Assembly: GCA_963934015.1 (NCBI GenBank)
Contig: CAWVWT010000002.1
Coordinates: forward strand, 81,399-145,398
Length of the DNA stretch: 64,000 nt
From: an uncultured Candidatus Poseidoniales archaeon
Lineage (GTDB): Archaea > Thermoplasmatota > Poseidoniia > Poseidoniales > Thalassarchaeaceae
Direction of reading: 5' to 3'
Part shown: one piece after another, positions 47,360 through 56,174 of the stretch
Numbering within the stretch: the stretch's first letter is position 1
How the letters are laid out: each line of letters opens with the position of its first letter
Notes under the pieces: generated by a model
What the model was told of the DNA's origin: nothing
Databases searched by the model: none
What the model saw: the letters and a program-made list of their open reading frames with translations, nothing else
Program-made: the position numbers and the translations under genes

Positions 47360-48583
47360 ATGAAGTCATGGATTTCAGATATCGAATCATGTGGTGTCAA
47401 CATTGATTGGTGCCAACGATTGGATGAATTATTACCTGAAACCCAATTATTTCCAATCCAGCTTCGTGCTATTGTACATTCTCTTCGCAATGGAAACCAA
47501 TTGACTGCAGAACAAGGAGTATTGCTATGGAACTATCCCGATCTCAATGTTGTAGCATCACTAGCATCTGCAGCGAGGAATGCTCGCTATGATGATCACG
47601 TTTTCTTTAATTCGAATCTACATGTGAATCAAACGAATATCTGTACATTGGCCTGTAAATTCTGCGCATTTCGACGTGGACCTAAAGCAAAAGATGCGTA
47701 TGCTTTGAGTATTGACGATTTTATCGAGCGAATCCGTCCCTATGAGAATATCATAGATGAAGTTCATACCGTGGGTGGTCTACATCCTGAATGGGATGTT
47801 TCTTTCTATGAATCACTATTCTCCAGTGTAAAGAAAGAGTTCCCTCACATCCACATCAAATCACTATCAGCCGTTGAAGTCAAGCATATCGCAGAAGTAA
47901 GTGGTATTAGTCCGCGTGCATTATTATCCCGTTTACAAAAATCAGGATTGGACTCATTGCCAGGGGGTGGTGCAGAAATACTCGATGATGCAGTTCGCGA
48001 CATCATATGTTATGGTAAAGAGTCTAGTGGTGAATATATTGCCATTCACAGAGATGCACATTCAATCGGCATGCCAACCAACTGCACCATGTTATTCGGG
48101 ACTATTGAATCAGTTGAGCAGAGAATTTTGCATCTATGCAAATTACGAGAATTACAGGACGAAACATCCGGATTCCAATGTTTTGTGCCCTATCCATATT
48201 TACCAGATAACTCAAGGCTCCCGGAGGCACAATTAGCTAGTGGGAATGAAATATTACGCATGATTGCAATATCTAGGTTGATGCTCGACAACATCCCCCA
48301 TATCAAGGCATACAGGATGAATATTGGTGATTATATGTCTGAATTGGCGTTGCACCATGGTGCCGACGATTTTGACGGTACGGTTGGACATGAGGAGATT
48401 ATGCATGAGGCCGGTTCAAAATCCGTTGTCGGGTATTCAAAATCCCAACTAACGAAGTTTATCATCGAAGCGAAAGGGTTGCCAGTTCAACGGAATTCAA
48501 ACTACACCAAATTCCGGCACTTCGAAGATGATGATTACGACACAGGTATACGTTTACCAGTCTCCACAACGGTAGGTGAATAA
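47360..48583 (+). CDS. Radical SAM enzyme of the MqnE/MqnC (futalosine pathway) family
   Basis: CTLACKFCAF (Cx3Cx2C) cluster. About 400 aa. Immediately upstream of an MqnA-like gene. The homologous CofG/CofH cannot be excluded. Confidence 0.7.
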   Translation: MKSWISDIESCGVNIDWCQRLDELLPETQLFPIQLRAIVHSLRNGNQLTAEQGVLLWNYPDLNVVASLASAARNARYDDHVFFNSNLHVNQTNICTLACKFCAFRRGPKAKDAYALSIDDFIERIRPYENIIDEVHTVGGLHPEWDVSFYESLFSSVKKEFPHIHIKSLSAVEVKHIAEVSGISPRALLSRLQKSGLDSLPGGGAEILDDAVRDIICYGKESSGEYIAIHRDAHSIGMPTNCTMLFGTIESVEQRILHLCKLRELQDETSGFQCFVPYPYLPDNSRLPEAQLASGNEILRMIAISRLMLDNIPHIKAYRMNIGDYMSELALHHGADDFDGTVGHEEIMHEAGSKSVVGYSKSQLTKFIIEAKGLPVQRNSNYTKFRHFEDDDYDTGIRLPVSTTVGE

Positions 48584-49375
48584 TTGAATCGATGGCATCG
48601 TATATTGGGCCGTGTGGCATTCGTAAATTGTGATCCTTTGTATCATGATTTGCCCCCACCTTGGGAAGTTTTACCAGCACCGCCATCATGGCTAACTGGC
48701 CACATTCTGCGAAAGGATTGCTTACTTGCACCGATACCAACCGCGGATTTTGCCAAACATTCAGAGCAATTGCAACTGTTACCTGATATTTGCATCGGTT
48801 CAACCGGTACCGTTGGATCCGTTCTATTATTTGGAGACAGAGATCCATCACAAATGCGTGATGTTGCATTGCCTACAGATTCTGCCACCTCTCGAAAATT
48901 ATGCATGTGGTTGCTGCAACAAATGGGTTTGAACCCACGTCCAGTTGACATGGGCCCAGATCTTGGTCAAATGCTAGATCGTTGTGATGGTGCGTTGTTG
49001 ATTGGTGATAGGGCCCTTGATGAATCAGCTAGACATCCAGAATTAATCCGAATGGATTTGGGTCAAGCATGGCTGGAACTAACCGGTTTCCCCATGGTAT
49101 TCGCAGTATATGCAGCCCATCGCGATGCTCCACCTGAAATGCTTAGGAAAGCACACAAATTACTTCGAACCCAATTAGAATCATTCGAAAATTCTCCTGC
49201 TGTTAGAAATTCCGTGATTCGTGCAACATCAACGCGCAGTGGCTTCAGTGAGGACAGGATAGAACAGTACTTCGGGGAGGTAGTTCATCGACTAGATGTT
49301 CTTGGAAAAAAAGGACTCACACACTTTTTGGAGGAAGTATGTGAATTACCATCCTATCAAATTGTAGACATTTAG
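48584..49375 (+). CDS. mqnA: MqnA-like chorismate dehydratase (VitK2 biosynthesis family)
   Basis: GRVAFVNCDPLYHDL N-terminus and LIGDRALD motif typical of MqnA. Non-ATG start (TTG 48584, or GTG 48614). Confidence 0.65.
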   Translation: MNRWHRILGRVAFVNCDPLYHDLPPPWEVLPAPPSWLTGHILRKDCLLAPIPTADFAKHSEQLQLLPDICIGSTGTVGSVLLFGDRDPSQMRDVALPTDSATSRKLCMWLLQQMGLNPRPVDMGPDLGQMLDRCDGALLIGDRALDESARHPELIRMDLGQAWLELTGFPMVFAVYAAHRDAPPEMLRKAHKLLRTQLESFENSPAVRNSVIRATSTRSGFSEDRIEQYFGEVVHRLDVLGKKGLTHFLEEVCELPSYQIVDI

Positions 49376-51729
49376 TTACTCGACTTCTTTCGTCGTACAG
49401 GGCGCTTCTTTTTGGGTTTCGTTCCAGTCTCCGATGTTATGTAAGCGATAGCATCTGAGATCGTTTCCTCGTCTTCAATGTCGGACATTTTATTCTCTTC
49501 ACTTGGTGCAATCAAGTGTTTGAAATCTACAGATTCGTTTCCGCTGGCATCAGCAGATTCAGTTTTACGTGTTCGTTTCACTTTCTGTTTTTTTGAGGAG
49601 GGAATATTCGGTTGACGTTTTTGCCTCGCAATGTCGCGCTGTACTGCACCAGGCGGCATGGGCATGCCCCGTAAATCTCTGATTACAGCTGAAGGAGGAA
49701 CGGGTCCCGATTTGGGTGAGAGTTCACCCTCCATCTCTTCATCCCATGCGGCTGCATCATCAATGAGTTGTTCCAATTCTTCATCGTGTTGTGAATCGAT
49801 ATACCCTGGCTCCTCTGTATCCGTAAAATCAATTGTATTTCGATGTCGCATTATTGCAAGGGATATTGCTGATATCGATAATAGCGAGATGAATGCAAAC
49901 GCATACCAGTAAGTTGTTAGTAGTTCAACAAGTGAATCAACATTGGATTTTTCATCGATTGGAGGGATATCCATTAGCAAATAAATATCTGGATCTCTGC
50001 GATTCCAAACTTCATAATCAATTCGACTACCACTGACATCTTCAATCTGAACATGGATTGGGAATGCATGGACATTTTGTGCAATGCTCTCACTGGGAGT
50101 TTGAATGCCCGATAATATACTAACATTGTACGGTGTTTGGACTGGTGCATCTATGAATCCCTGCACTTGCCAACTGACTGAAATCCGGGTGCCTCTATCA
50201 CTGTCCATCGTACCATATAAATCAGATTTTTCAATACTACACTGTACTGAAACTGGGTTATATGGGTTATCATCAATTTCAAGATATGCGCCCCACCTAG
50301 ATAGTACCTCATCGACATTGTATTCAGTGCAGATAGAATGTTGTATTTGCATAAATTCATCATTATCGACACGATGATTGGAATTAAGTGAATTTGAAGC
50401 CAAGATTCGTAGCTGATGGCTATTTTTAGCATCAAGGTGGATTGTTTCAATCACGATTACTGAATCTTGATTTATCGTAATATCAAATTGACGAATGAAA
50501 TTTTGGTCGGGTTGTAAGTGGCAATTGGTGCCGGCGATGCAGATATTATCATACATATCAATGATGCCATCACCATCATCATCATCATCTACTTGGTCCG
50601 CTAGATTGTCCTGATCAGTATCTATTGAACTGGGTATCAGCAATTCTGAATAAACTGAATCAGAATAAAAGGCAACTAGATTTGACAATGTCGAAATTGC
50701 CAGAGCGTTAGAACTTGGATGTAAGGACATCATTACAGCCTTATGACCAATAAACAGGGTTCTAGATGTTGAGATTGGTGTTGATTTAATTTCAACAAAA
50801 TCTACCTTGCGATATTGCGTAGTAATGACTTCAGATGATAATATTGCAACCTCTGAATCATCGTATGTATACAACATTTGTGAAGCATTTGGACTAATAT
50901 CATATTGCCCGAAATAAGATCGAGTGACATCGTGGTTCCTCAGGTATAGTGATCCATCACCAATCCACGACATAAGGGTCCCATCATTAGAAAATTTACA
51001 ATCAACGATTGGGTGGGTGTACTCCCAACGTGTGATTTCCGACTGATCGTTTCTATTCCATAATATCACAATACCGTCGCTCGCCCCACTCAGTAGATGT
51101 TCTCCGTCATTTGAATGGTCGAGACATGAAATATGCCCATTGTGCGGTGAAGAATATACTCGGTCGATATCTAAAATAGACCCTGTCCCCATATTTATGC
51201 TCCATTCAATGATCTCACCATTTTCGGATGCAGTCGCGAATGTATTGTCGTCGGGTGATATGCTAATTCGATCAATATTCTCTCCATCTTCTGTATGCAT
51301 AGTACGTTCATAGACACCATCAAGGAGTTCATACACAATTGTTGCTGGCGTGTTCGGTAATTGGCTTACCATTCCAATAAGTAGGTATTGAGCATTCGAT
51401 GTAAATGCTATTGAGTCTACAAAAAAATCAACGTGGAAGTTCTGAATTTTCTCGTTTGTAACTGTGTCAACTATCATAATTGACGATTCATGGGCGCTAG
51501 CAACAATATCTCCATTCGGGCTATATGCAACTGCGCTACCATACCCGAAATCCGATTCAGCTGCACCAGCCCATGCCAATCCACTTGAGGCAGTCACGAA
51601 AGGTGTCATGCATACAGCAACGAAGCAAAGTGAAAGAAGAATCGCGGAGAGCCCACGATTGTTGAAATCAGCACCGGCCACGATAGTGGTAGTGCAATTC
51701 CACTCAAAGGCATTGCGCAATATATGCAT
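49372..51729 (-). CDS. Membrane-anchored beta-propeller (WD40-like) surface protein with Ca-binding Asp-rich repeat and basic cytoplasmic tail
   Basis: N-terminal signal/TM LSAILLSLCFVAVCMTPFV. Repeated blades (SPNGDIVASAHESSIMIVD, SPDDNTFATASENGEIIEW, HSNDGEHLLSGASDGIVILWN). TSP3-like DDDGDGIIDMYDNIC. TM YAFAFISLLSISAISLAIM. Lys/Arg-rich tail. Confidence 0.6.
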   Translation of the reverse strand: MHILRNAFEWNCTTTIVAGADFNNRGLSAILLSLCFVAVCMTPFVTASSGLAWAGAAESDFGYGSAVAYSPNGDIVASAHESSIMIVDTVTNEKIQNFHVDFFVDSIAFTSNAQYLLIGMVSQLPNTPATIVYELLDGVYERTMHTEDGENIDRISISPDDNTFATASENGEIIEWSINMGTGSILDIDRVYSSPHNGHISCLDHSNDGEHLLSGASDGIVILWNRNDQSEITRWEYTHPIVDCKFSNDGTLMSWIGDGSLYLRNHDVTRSYFGQYDISPNASQMLYTYDDSEVAILSSEVITTQYRKVDFVEIKSTPISTSRTLFIGHKAVMMSLHPSSNALAISTLSNLVAFYSDSVYSELLIPSSIDTDQDNLADQVDDDDDGDGIIDMYDNICIAGTNCHLQPDQNFIRQFDITINQDSVIVIETIHLDAKNSHQLRILASNSLNSNHRVDNDEFMQIQHSICTEYNVDEVLSRWGAYLEIDDNPYNPVSVQCSIEKSDLYGTMDSDRGTRISVSWQVQGFIDAPVQTPYNVSILSGIQTPSESIAQNVHAFPIHVQIEDVSGSRIDYEVWNRRDPDIYLLMDIPPIDEKSNVDSLVELLTTYWYAFAFISLLSISAISLAIMRHRNTIDFTDTEEPGYIDSQHDEELEQLIDDAAAWDEEMEGELSPKSGPVPPSAVIRDLRGMPMPPGAVQRDIARQKRQPNIPSSKKQKVKRTRKTESADASGNESVDFKHLIAPSEENKMSDIEDEETISDAIAYITSETGTKPKKKRPVRRKKSSN

Positions 51730-51842
51730 CAATACGATTCGAATATACGATTATTTGGCCATTCCAGTAAATCAGCGATACTCGCAACATTACTGGTTTT
51801 TGACACCTGAATCAAATCAACGAGGGGGGAGTCCTTAGCCCC

Positions 51843-52715
51843 CTAATTATCAGCGTCCGCACCAATAAAATCGATATTGGCGGTGTCAAAGTTTACATCA
51901 ATCATGCCAATATCCTGGCCTGCTTTGAGAAATTTTTTGACACTTGCCCTTCCATCAGCGCCATAGTCAATAGTACGTGCGTTCACATACATCTGCACAA
52001 ATTTTGAATTTGTTTCCTCATCGATACCTCGACCCCATTGCATGGCGAAATCAAGAGCGGCTTCTGGTTCTTTGATACTATATTCAATCGACATCTTAAC
52101 CCATTCCGATATCTGTGCACATGCATCTTCACCAAGATCTCTGCGAACGACATTACCCCCCAAGGGAAGTGGCCAGCCATTGTTTGAATTATTCCACCAA
52201 ACACCCAAATCTAAGAGAAGATTCATTCCGTGCTCTTTCCAAGTTAATTGTCCCTCGTGGATGATAACACCTGCTGCAAATTCCCCAGATTGAATTCGGG
52301 GGATGATTTCATCAAAGGGTACTACGGCAATATCAACCTCTCCGCAAGCGAGTTTTAGTGCTAGATAGGCACTTGTTTTTAATCCAGGGATGGCGATTGT
52401 TCCACGGCAAGCCTCATCGAGTGAAATCGGTGTATTTGTGACCAGCATTGGGCCATACCCTTCACCCATTGACGCACCACAATTCATCAACGCATAGCGT
52501 TCACTAATTTCTGGATATGCATGTATGCTAACTGCGCTAACCTCATATTCGCCTTCAAGAGCCTTTTGATTGAGTGTTTCTATATCCAACAATACATGTT
52601 CGAAACAATAACCTGGAGTTTCAAATGCCCCCGTAGTAAGTGCGTGAAACATGAACGCATCATCAGGATCTGGGGAATGCCCAACTCGTATGGTACGCAC
52701 GCCTTGATTGCCCAT
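51843..52715 (-). CDS. mqnD: MqnD-like 1,4-dihydroxy-6-naphthoate synthase
   Basis: IRVGHSPDPDDAFMFHAL (compare the SPCPNDTF motif), DIETLNQKA and GEGYGPMLV patterns of MqnD. Confidence 0.7.
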   Translation of the reverse strand: MGNQGVRTIRVGHSPDPDDAFMFHALTTGAFETPGYCFEHVLLDIETLNQKALEGEYEVSAVSIHAYPEISERYALMNCGASMGEGYGPMLVTNTPISLDEACRGTIAIPGLKTSAYLALKLACGEVDIAVVPFDEIIPRIQSGEFAAGVIIHEGQLTWKEHGMNLLLDLGVWWNNSNNGWPLPLGGNVVRRDLGEDACAQISEWVKMSIEYSIKEPEAALDFAMQWGRGIDEETNSKFVQMYVNARTIDYGADGRASVKKFLKAGQDIGMIDVNFDTANIDFIGADADN

Positions 52716-52818
52716 ATTCTGTGCGGGAAGCGTTGACCATTTGACAGATTCGGCTCGAAGGACTCAATGGTAGAACGGCGTCCTTAATAGCCGACCGGCT
52801 GTGCAACCGACGAAGGAT

Positions 52819-53013
52819 ATGGTAGACAAGTCGAGACTGGCGATATCAAAAGGTCAGTTGGGCCCTGTGTGTGATTCATGTGGTGCTCTAATGACATTTG
52901 GCGAATCATGTACAATCGATGGTCAATATGTTTGCTGGGATTGTTATGTGTCTTTGACTGGTGCTGAGTCATCAACTGACTCAAACTCTAACCCTGGCTT
53001 GCGCATCTCATAA
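52819..53013 (+). CDS. Small zinc-ribbon protein (hypothetical)
   Basis: CDSCG..x17..CWDC pairs. ATG at 52819 preceded by GAAGGA. Low information. Confidence 0.3.
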   Translation: MVDKSRLAISKGQLGPVCDSCGALMTFGESCTIDGQYVCWDCYVSLTGAESSTDSNSNPGLRIS

Positions 53014-53060
53014 GCGTCGTATTCAATAGCCCCCGTCATTCATCACTTTGTGGTGAGTTG

Positions 53061-54299
53061 ATGTCTGTTGGTTGGGCCCGATACGCATTCAAGTTCGGTG
53101 AATACTACAGGAATCGTAAAATTGATGAAATGTGGTACCCACCACGACTCCGTTCTAGAGAATGGATGTTCGATGGATTCGATGACAGGCCACCGGAGCG
53201 ACACCGTGGATTTCGAAAACCGACTGACTTACTCGCTCATGTTGTCCGAAAAACCCCCAAAAGTTGTTTTTATTCAACAGCATATTATCTGGACCCAAAT
53301 CAACGATTAATGAAGGAAAAAGGGTTGCAAGGTGCAGATTTAATTTTCGATTTGGATGGCGATCACCTACCAGGGGTTACAGATGGTGATTTCCCGACAA
53401 TGATTCATGTCATTCAAGATCAAGCATTCAAATTGTGGACAGATTTTTTGGAACCAGAATTTGGTTTTGATCGACAACATTTGCAAATTACGTTCTCCGG
53501 ACATCGGGGATTCCACCTGCATTATAGATCGCCTGATATTTGGGCCCTAGATTCACAAGCTAGACGTGAAATTGTTTCCCACATCAAGGGTGAAGGTGTT
53601 GATGTGCAGGTTCTGCTCAAAGGCCCCGATTGTGCATGGAAAAGGCGCATTACATCTGGAGTTGATTCGGTCCTTAGTAAACTCGATTTTGCTGCCAATG
53701 ATGATGCGCAGGGGCGCAGTTCCATCAAGGAACTCAAAGCCATCATTGATTCGAGAATTGGCACACCAGGTGTAAAGGTGCGAAGTTGTGGAATAAAATC
53801 GATTCAAGCCATTGCCGACAAAGTGCAAAATATTGGGCTGCGGAATAGGCTAATTGATGGACTCAACGCTGGTGAATTGAAACCCGTATTTGGGGGTCGT
53901 AAAGGTGGTGGTGAATATGATCAAATCTTCAGGGAATTGGTCAAGGGCGATAGTTCGGTGGTTCTCGGCAATGCAGGTGAAACCGATGAAGTTGTTACAA
54001 TTGATTTGAAACGTGTCATTCGTTGGCCGACGAGTTTGCACGGTAAATCTGGGATGAAGGTTGTCGAGTTTCCACTCGAACGACTAAACCCTGATGATGC
54101 CAATGCGTTTGATCCTCTCACTGAAGCTGTACCTTGGAAGATGGGGGTCAATGATGTGAAGGTGCGTGCCATACGGTCTGATGTTCAGTACAGAATCGGT
54201 GAATCGGCAGGTCAACTAGACACCGGTGAAATTTACCATGTAGATGAGGCTACAGCGACATTTTTGGTACTCAAAAAATGGGCCGAACCTATTGATTAG
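53061..54299 (+). CDS. priS: DNA primase small (catalytic) subunit PriS
   Basis: Catalytic ADLIFDLDGDH and FSGHRGFHLHY motifs. ATG at 53061 (the listed 53058 is TTG). Confidence 0.88.
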   Translation: MSVGWARYAFKFGEYYRNRKIDEMWYPPRLRSREWMFDGFDDRPPERHRGFRKPTDLLAHVVRKTPKSCFYSTAYYLDPNQRLMKEKGLQGADLIFDLDGDHLPGVTDGDFPTMIHVIQDQAFKLWTDFLEPEFGFDRQHLQITFSGHRGFHLHYRSPDIWALDSQARREIVSHIKGEGVDVQVLLKGPDCAWKRRITSGVDSVLSKLDFAANDDAQGRSSIKELKAIIDSRIGTPGVKVRSCGIKSIQAIADKVQNIGLRNRLIDGLNAGELKPVFGGRKGGGEYDQIFRELVKGDSSVVLGNAGETDEVVTIDLKRVIRWPTSLHGKSGMKVVEFPLERLNPDDANAFDPLTEAVPWKMGVNDVKVRAIRSDVQYRIGESAGQLDTGEIYHVDEATATFLVLKKWAEPID

Positions 54300-54388
54300 C
54301 CTTGCACCAACTCTGTTGGTGTGGAAGGACTACCGCAGCATACGTTAAAGGCGAACGCAGGTTCAAGGTTGGTACGGTGGTGCGTAGC

Positions 54389-56170
54389 ATGTCTGAAGAA
54401 GATGAGAATCCAACCCTTCCACCGCCACCTATGCCTGGGTCTGCAGACCTTCCACCACCACCACCAATGCCAGCACCTGTAGGTCTGCCAATCCCACCTC
54501 CTATGCCTTCTGCGGGGGATTTACCACCTCCACCCATGCCTGCCGCTATGCCTGCCCCTCCACCCATGCCTGCCGCTATGCCTGCCCCTCCACCCATGCC
54601 TGCTGCTATGCCTGCTCCTCCACCCATGCCTGCCGCTATGCCTGCTCCCCCACCTATGCCAGAGATGCCAGCACCCCCCCTCACGCCCGTGATGCCCGCC
54701 CCTCCACCTATGCCAGAGATGCCCGTGCCGATTGCCGCAATCGACGAGGCTACAGAACCAGTAATTGAATTGCCTGACCCACTGGCAGCTCTCGACATCC
54801 TTGGTTCCACAACAGCTCCAATACAATCACCGGAACCTGCAATTGGCGAGTCTTTAGAGACGGCTGATTTACTAGCTGCTCTAGATTCTTCACCCTCTGA
54901 AAATGCTGGTGAACCAGAACTAAGTGTGGCTGATTACAAATGGAAAGATACTGTACTTGAAGCGGTTATTGATAAATTTAGCATCACGGATCGAGATGCA
55001 TTTTTGGTTCATGCAACATCTTTCGACGCCAATAAGAATCTCTACCTGACAAAAAGTGAACTTACACAGGCAGCGAAAGAATGGGTTGAAATGACGACCC
55101 CAATTGCTGATTTACAAACTGTTGATCTGCCTGTGGAATTTGCTGCAGTGGTTTCGGACGAAACCGAAGCAACCGCTGATTTACCAGAAGTTGTTGATTT
55201 AGAAATAGCACCTGTGGTAAAATTGCCCGAACCAGTACCTGCCCCAGCAGTTGTGGATTTACCCCCACCTCTGCCAGCACCACCACAAGCGATTGAATTA
55301 CCTCCATTACCAGCCCCTGTCCCCGAAGCGACTGTTGAAATTCAAGGGTTTACCGTGCAAGATACTGATGTGGATGTCGGTGATGATAATACCCAAACTG
55401 AGGATTATCGTGAACTATGGAAGCGCCGTTCGGAGAAATCATTGCCACAGATGTATGGTGCCATAGATCGAATTGGCAGTGGGGAAATAGGATCACTACT
55501 CGATCGATATTCGGATAGATTTGGTCATGAGTTGGACCGCGAGATTATTGTAATGCGCAGGGCTGAACAGGATTCAAGGCGCGAAGCAGTGCCAGTTGTT
55601 GAATTGATTTCATCCCCAGAACAAGAGGAGGTGGAAGAAGATGAACTCAAATCGCAACTTACCGAAGTTGAGGATATTCTGCGTCCACTTCAGCAGGCAT
55701 ACAAGGCTGCTGAAAGTAATTCTGAAAAGAAAGAAATGGCCCCTGCTTTGAAAGCATTGATTGCTGAGCGAAAAATTTTGCTTTCAGTCATTGCCGGTGA
55801 AGCCGATGAAGATGCCCTACTTGACATCCCTGAAAGACCCGAAATTCCAAATTATTTGGGCGCCGACGCCGATTATCAGGCTGATGATGTCGAATCTGGT
55901 GACGATTTCGATGATTTCTTCAATATCATCAACCAATTATTAGGGGAAATGCCGGAAAAATGGGTGAATAATTTTGTTGACTCCAAGGGTTTTGCACTGT
56001 TTCAAAAAGTTGGTGCAGATCCAAATAGTGCAAATGAAAAGACCCGGAAGAAATTCTTCAATATGATTAACAACGAGCTTGGAAGCATGCCAGAAGATAT
56101 GCTTGATGCCTTTGTGGCTTCACCCGAGTTTGAATTGTACAAGAGTATAGGCGAAAAATACGGAGAGTGA
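54389..56170 (+). CDS. Acidic proline-rich repeat protein (hypothetical)
   Basis: ATG at 54389 (MSEEDEN). About 110-aa polyproline tract including 4x PPMPAAMPAP, a second P-rich block, a coiled-coil-like region, and a duplicated C-terminal motif FFN(I/M)IN..LG.MPE. No TM or signal peptide seen. Confidence 0.7.
   Translation: MSEEDENPTLPPPPMPGSADLPPPPPMPAPVGLPIPPPMPSAGDLPPPPMPAAMPAPPPMPAAMPAPPPMPAAMPAPPPMPAAMPAPPPMPEMPAPPLTPVMPAPPPMPEMPVPIAAIDEATEPVIELPDPLAALDILGSTTAPIQSPEPAIGESLETADLLAALDSSPSENAGEPELSVADYKWKDTVLEAVIDKFSITDRDAFLVHATSFDANKNLYLTKSELTQAAKEWVEMTTPIADLQTVDLPVEFAAVVSDETEATADLPEVVDLEIAPVVKLPEPVPAPAVVDLPPPLPAPPQAIELPPLPAPVPEATVEIQGFTVQDTDVDVGDDNTQTEDYRELWKRRSEKSLPQMYGAIDRIGSGEIGSLLDRYSDRFGHELDREIIVMRRAEQDSRREAVPVVELISSPEQEEVEEDELKSQLTEVEDILRPLQQAYKAAESNSEKKEMAPALKALIAERKILLSVIAGEADEDALLDIPERPEIPNYLGADADYQADDVESGDDFDDFFNIINQLLGEMPEKWVNNFVDSKGFALFQKVGADPNSANEKTRKKFFNMINNELGSMPEDMLDAFVASPEFELYKSIGEKYGE
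54530..54649 (+). repeat. Four in-frame 30-bp tandem repeats (CCACCCATGCCTGCCGCTATGCCTGCCCCT)
   Basis: Copies at 54530, 54560, 54590 and 54620. Copies 1 and 2 are identical. Copies 3 and 4 differ only at third codon positions (all synonymous). Confidence 0.95.
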
Positions 56171-56174
56171 ATCC

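Noticed and set aside
52750-52790. tRNA-like D-arm string TCAATGGTAGAAC within a small hairpin (AAGGAC..GTCCTT) in the mqnD upstream spacer.
   Set aside because: I could not build an acceptor stem, anticodon arm or T-arm (no GTTCRANNC) around it, so it is not a tRNA or a recognisable fragment.
52784-52984. 66-aa minus-strand ORF overlapping the small plus-strand zinc-ribbon ORF.
   Set aside because: Its translation is low-complexity His/Gln/Ser-rich with no motif. The plus-strand ORF at least has two CxxC pairs and an SD-like GAAGGA. Both remain weak.
54530-54649. Regular 30-bp direct repeats that could superficially suggest a CRISPR array.
   Set aside because: The repeats are head-to-tail with no spacers, lie in frame inside a long ORF, and no cas genes are present.
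54289-54810. 173-aa Gly-rich ORF on the minus strand (GGGAGIAAGMGGGAG repeats), plus another minus-strand ORF at 54521-54826.
   Set aside because: These are mirror images of the plus-strand proline-rich repeats, since CCN codons read as NGG on the other strand. The plus-strand frame continues for about 590 codons with a clear ATG, and inter-repeat differences are synonymous in that frame. The minus ORFs also overlap the priS 3' end.
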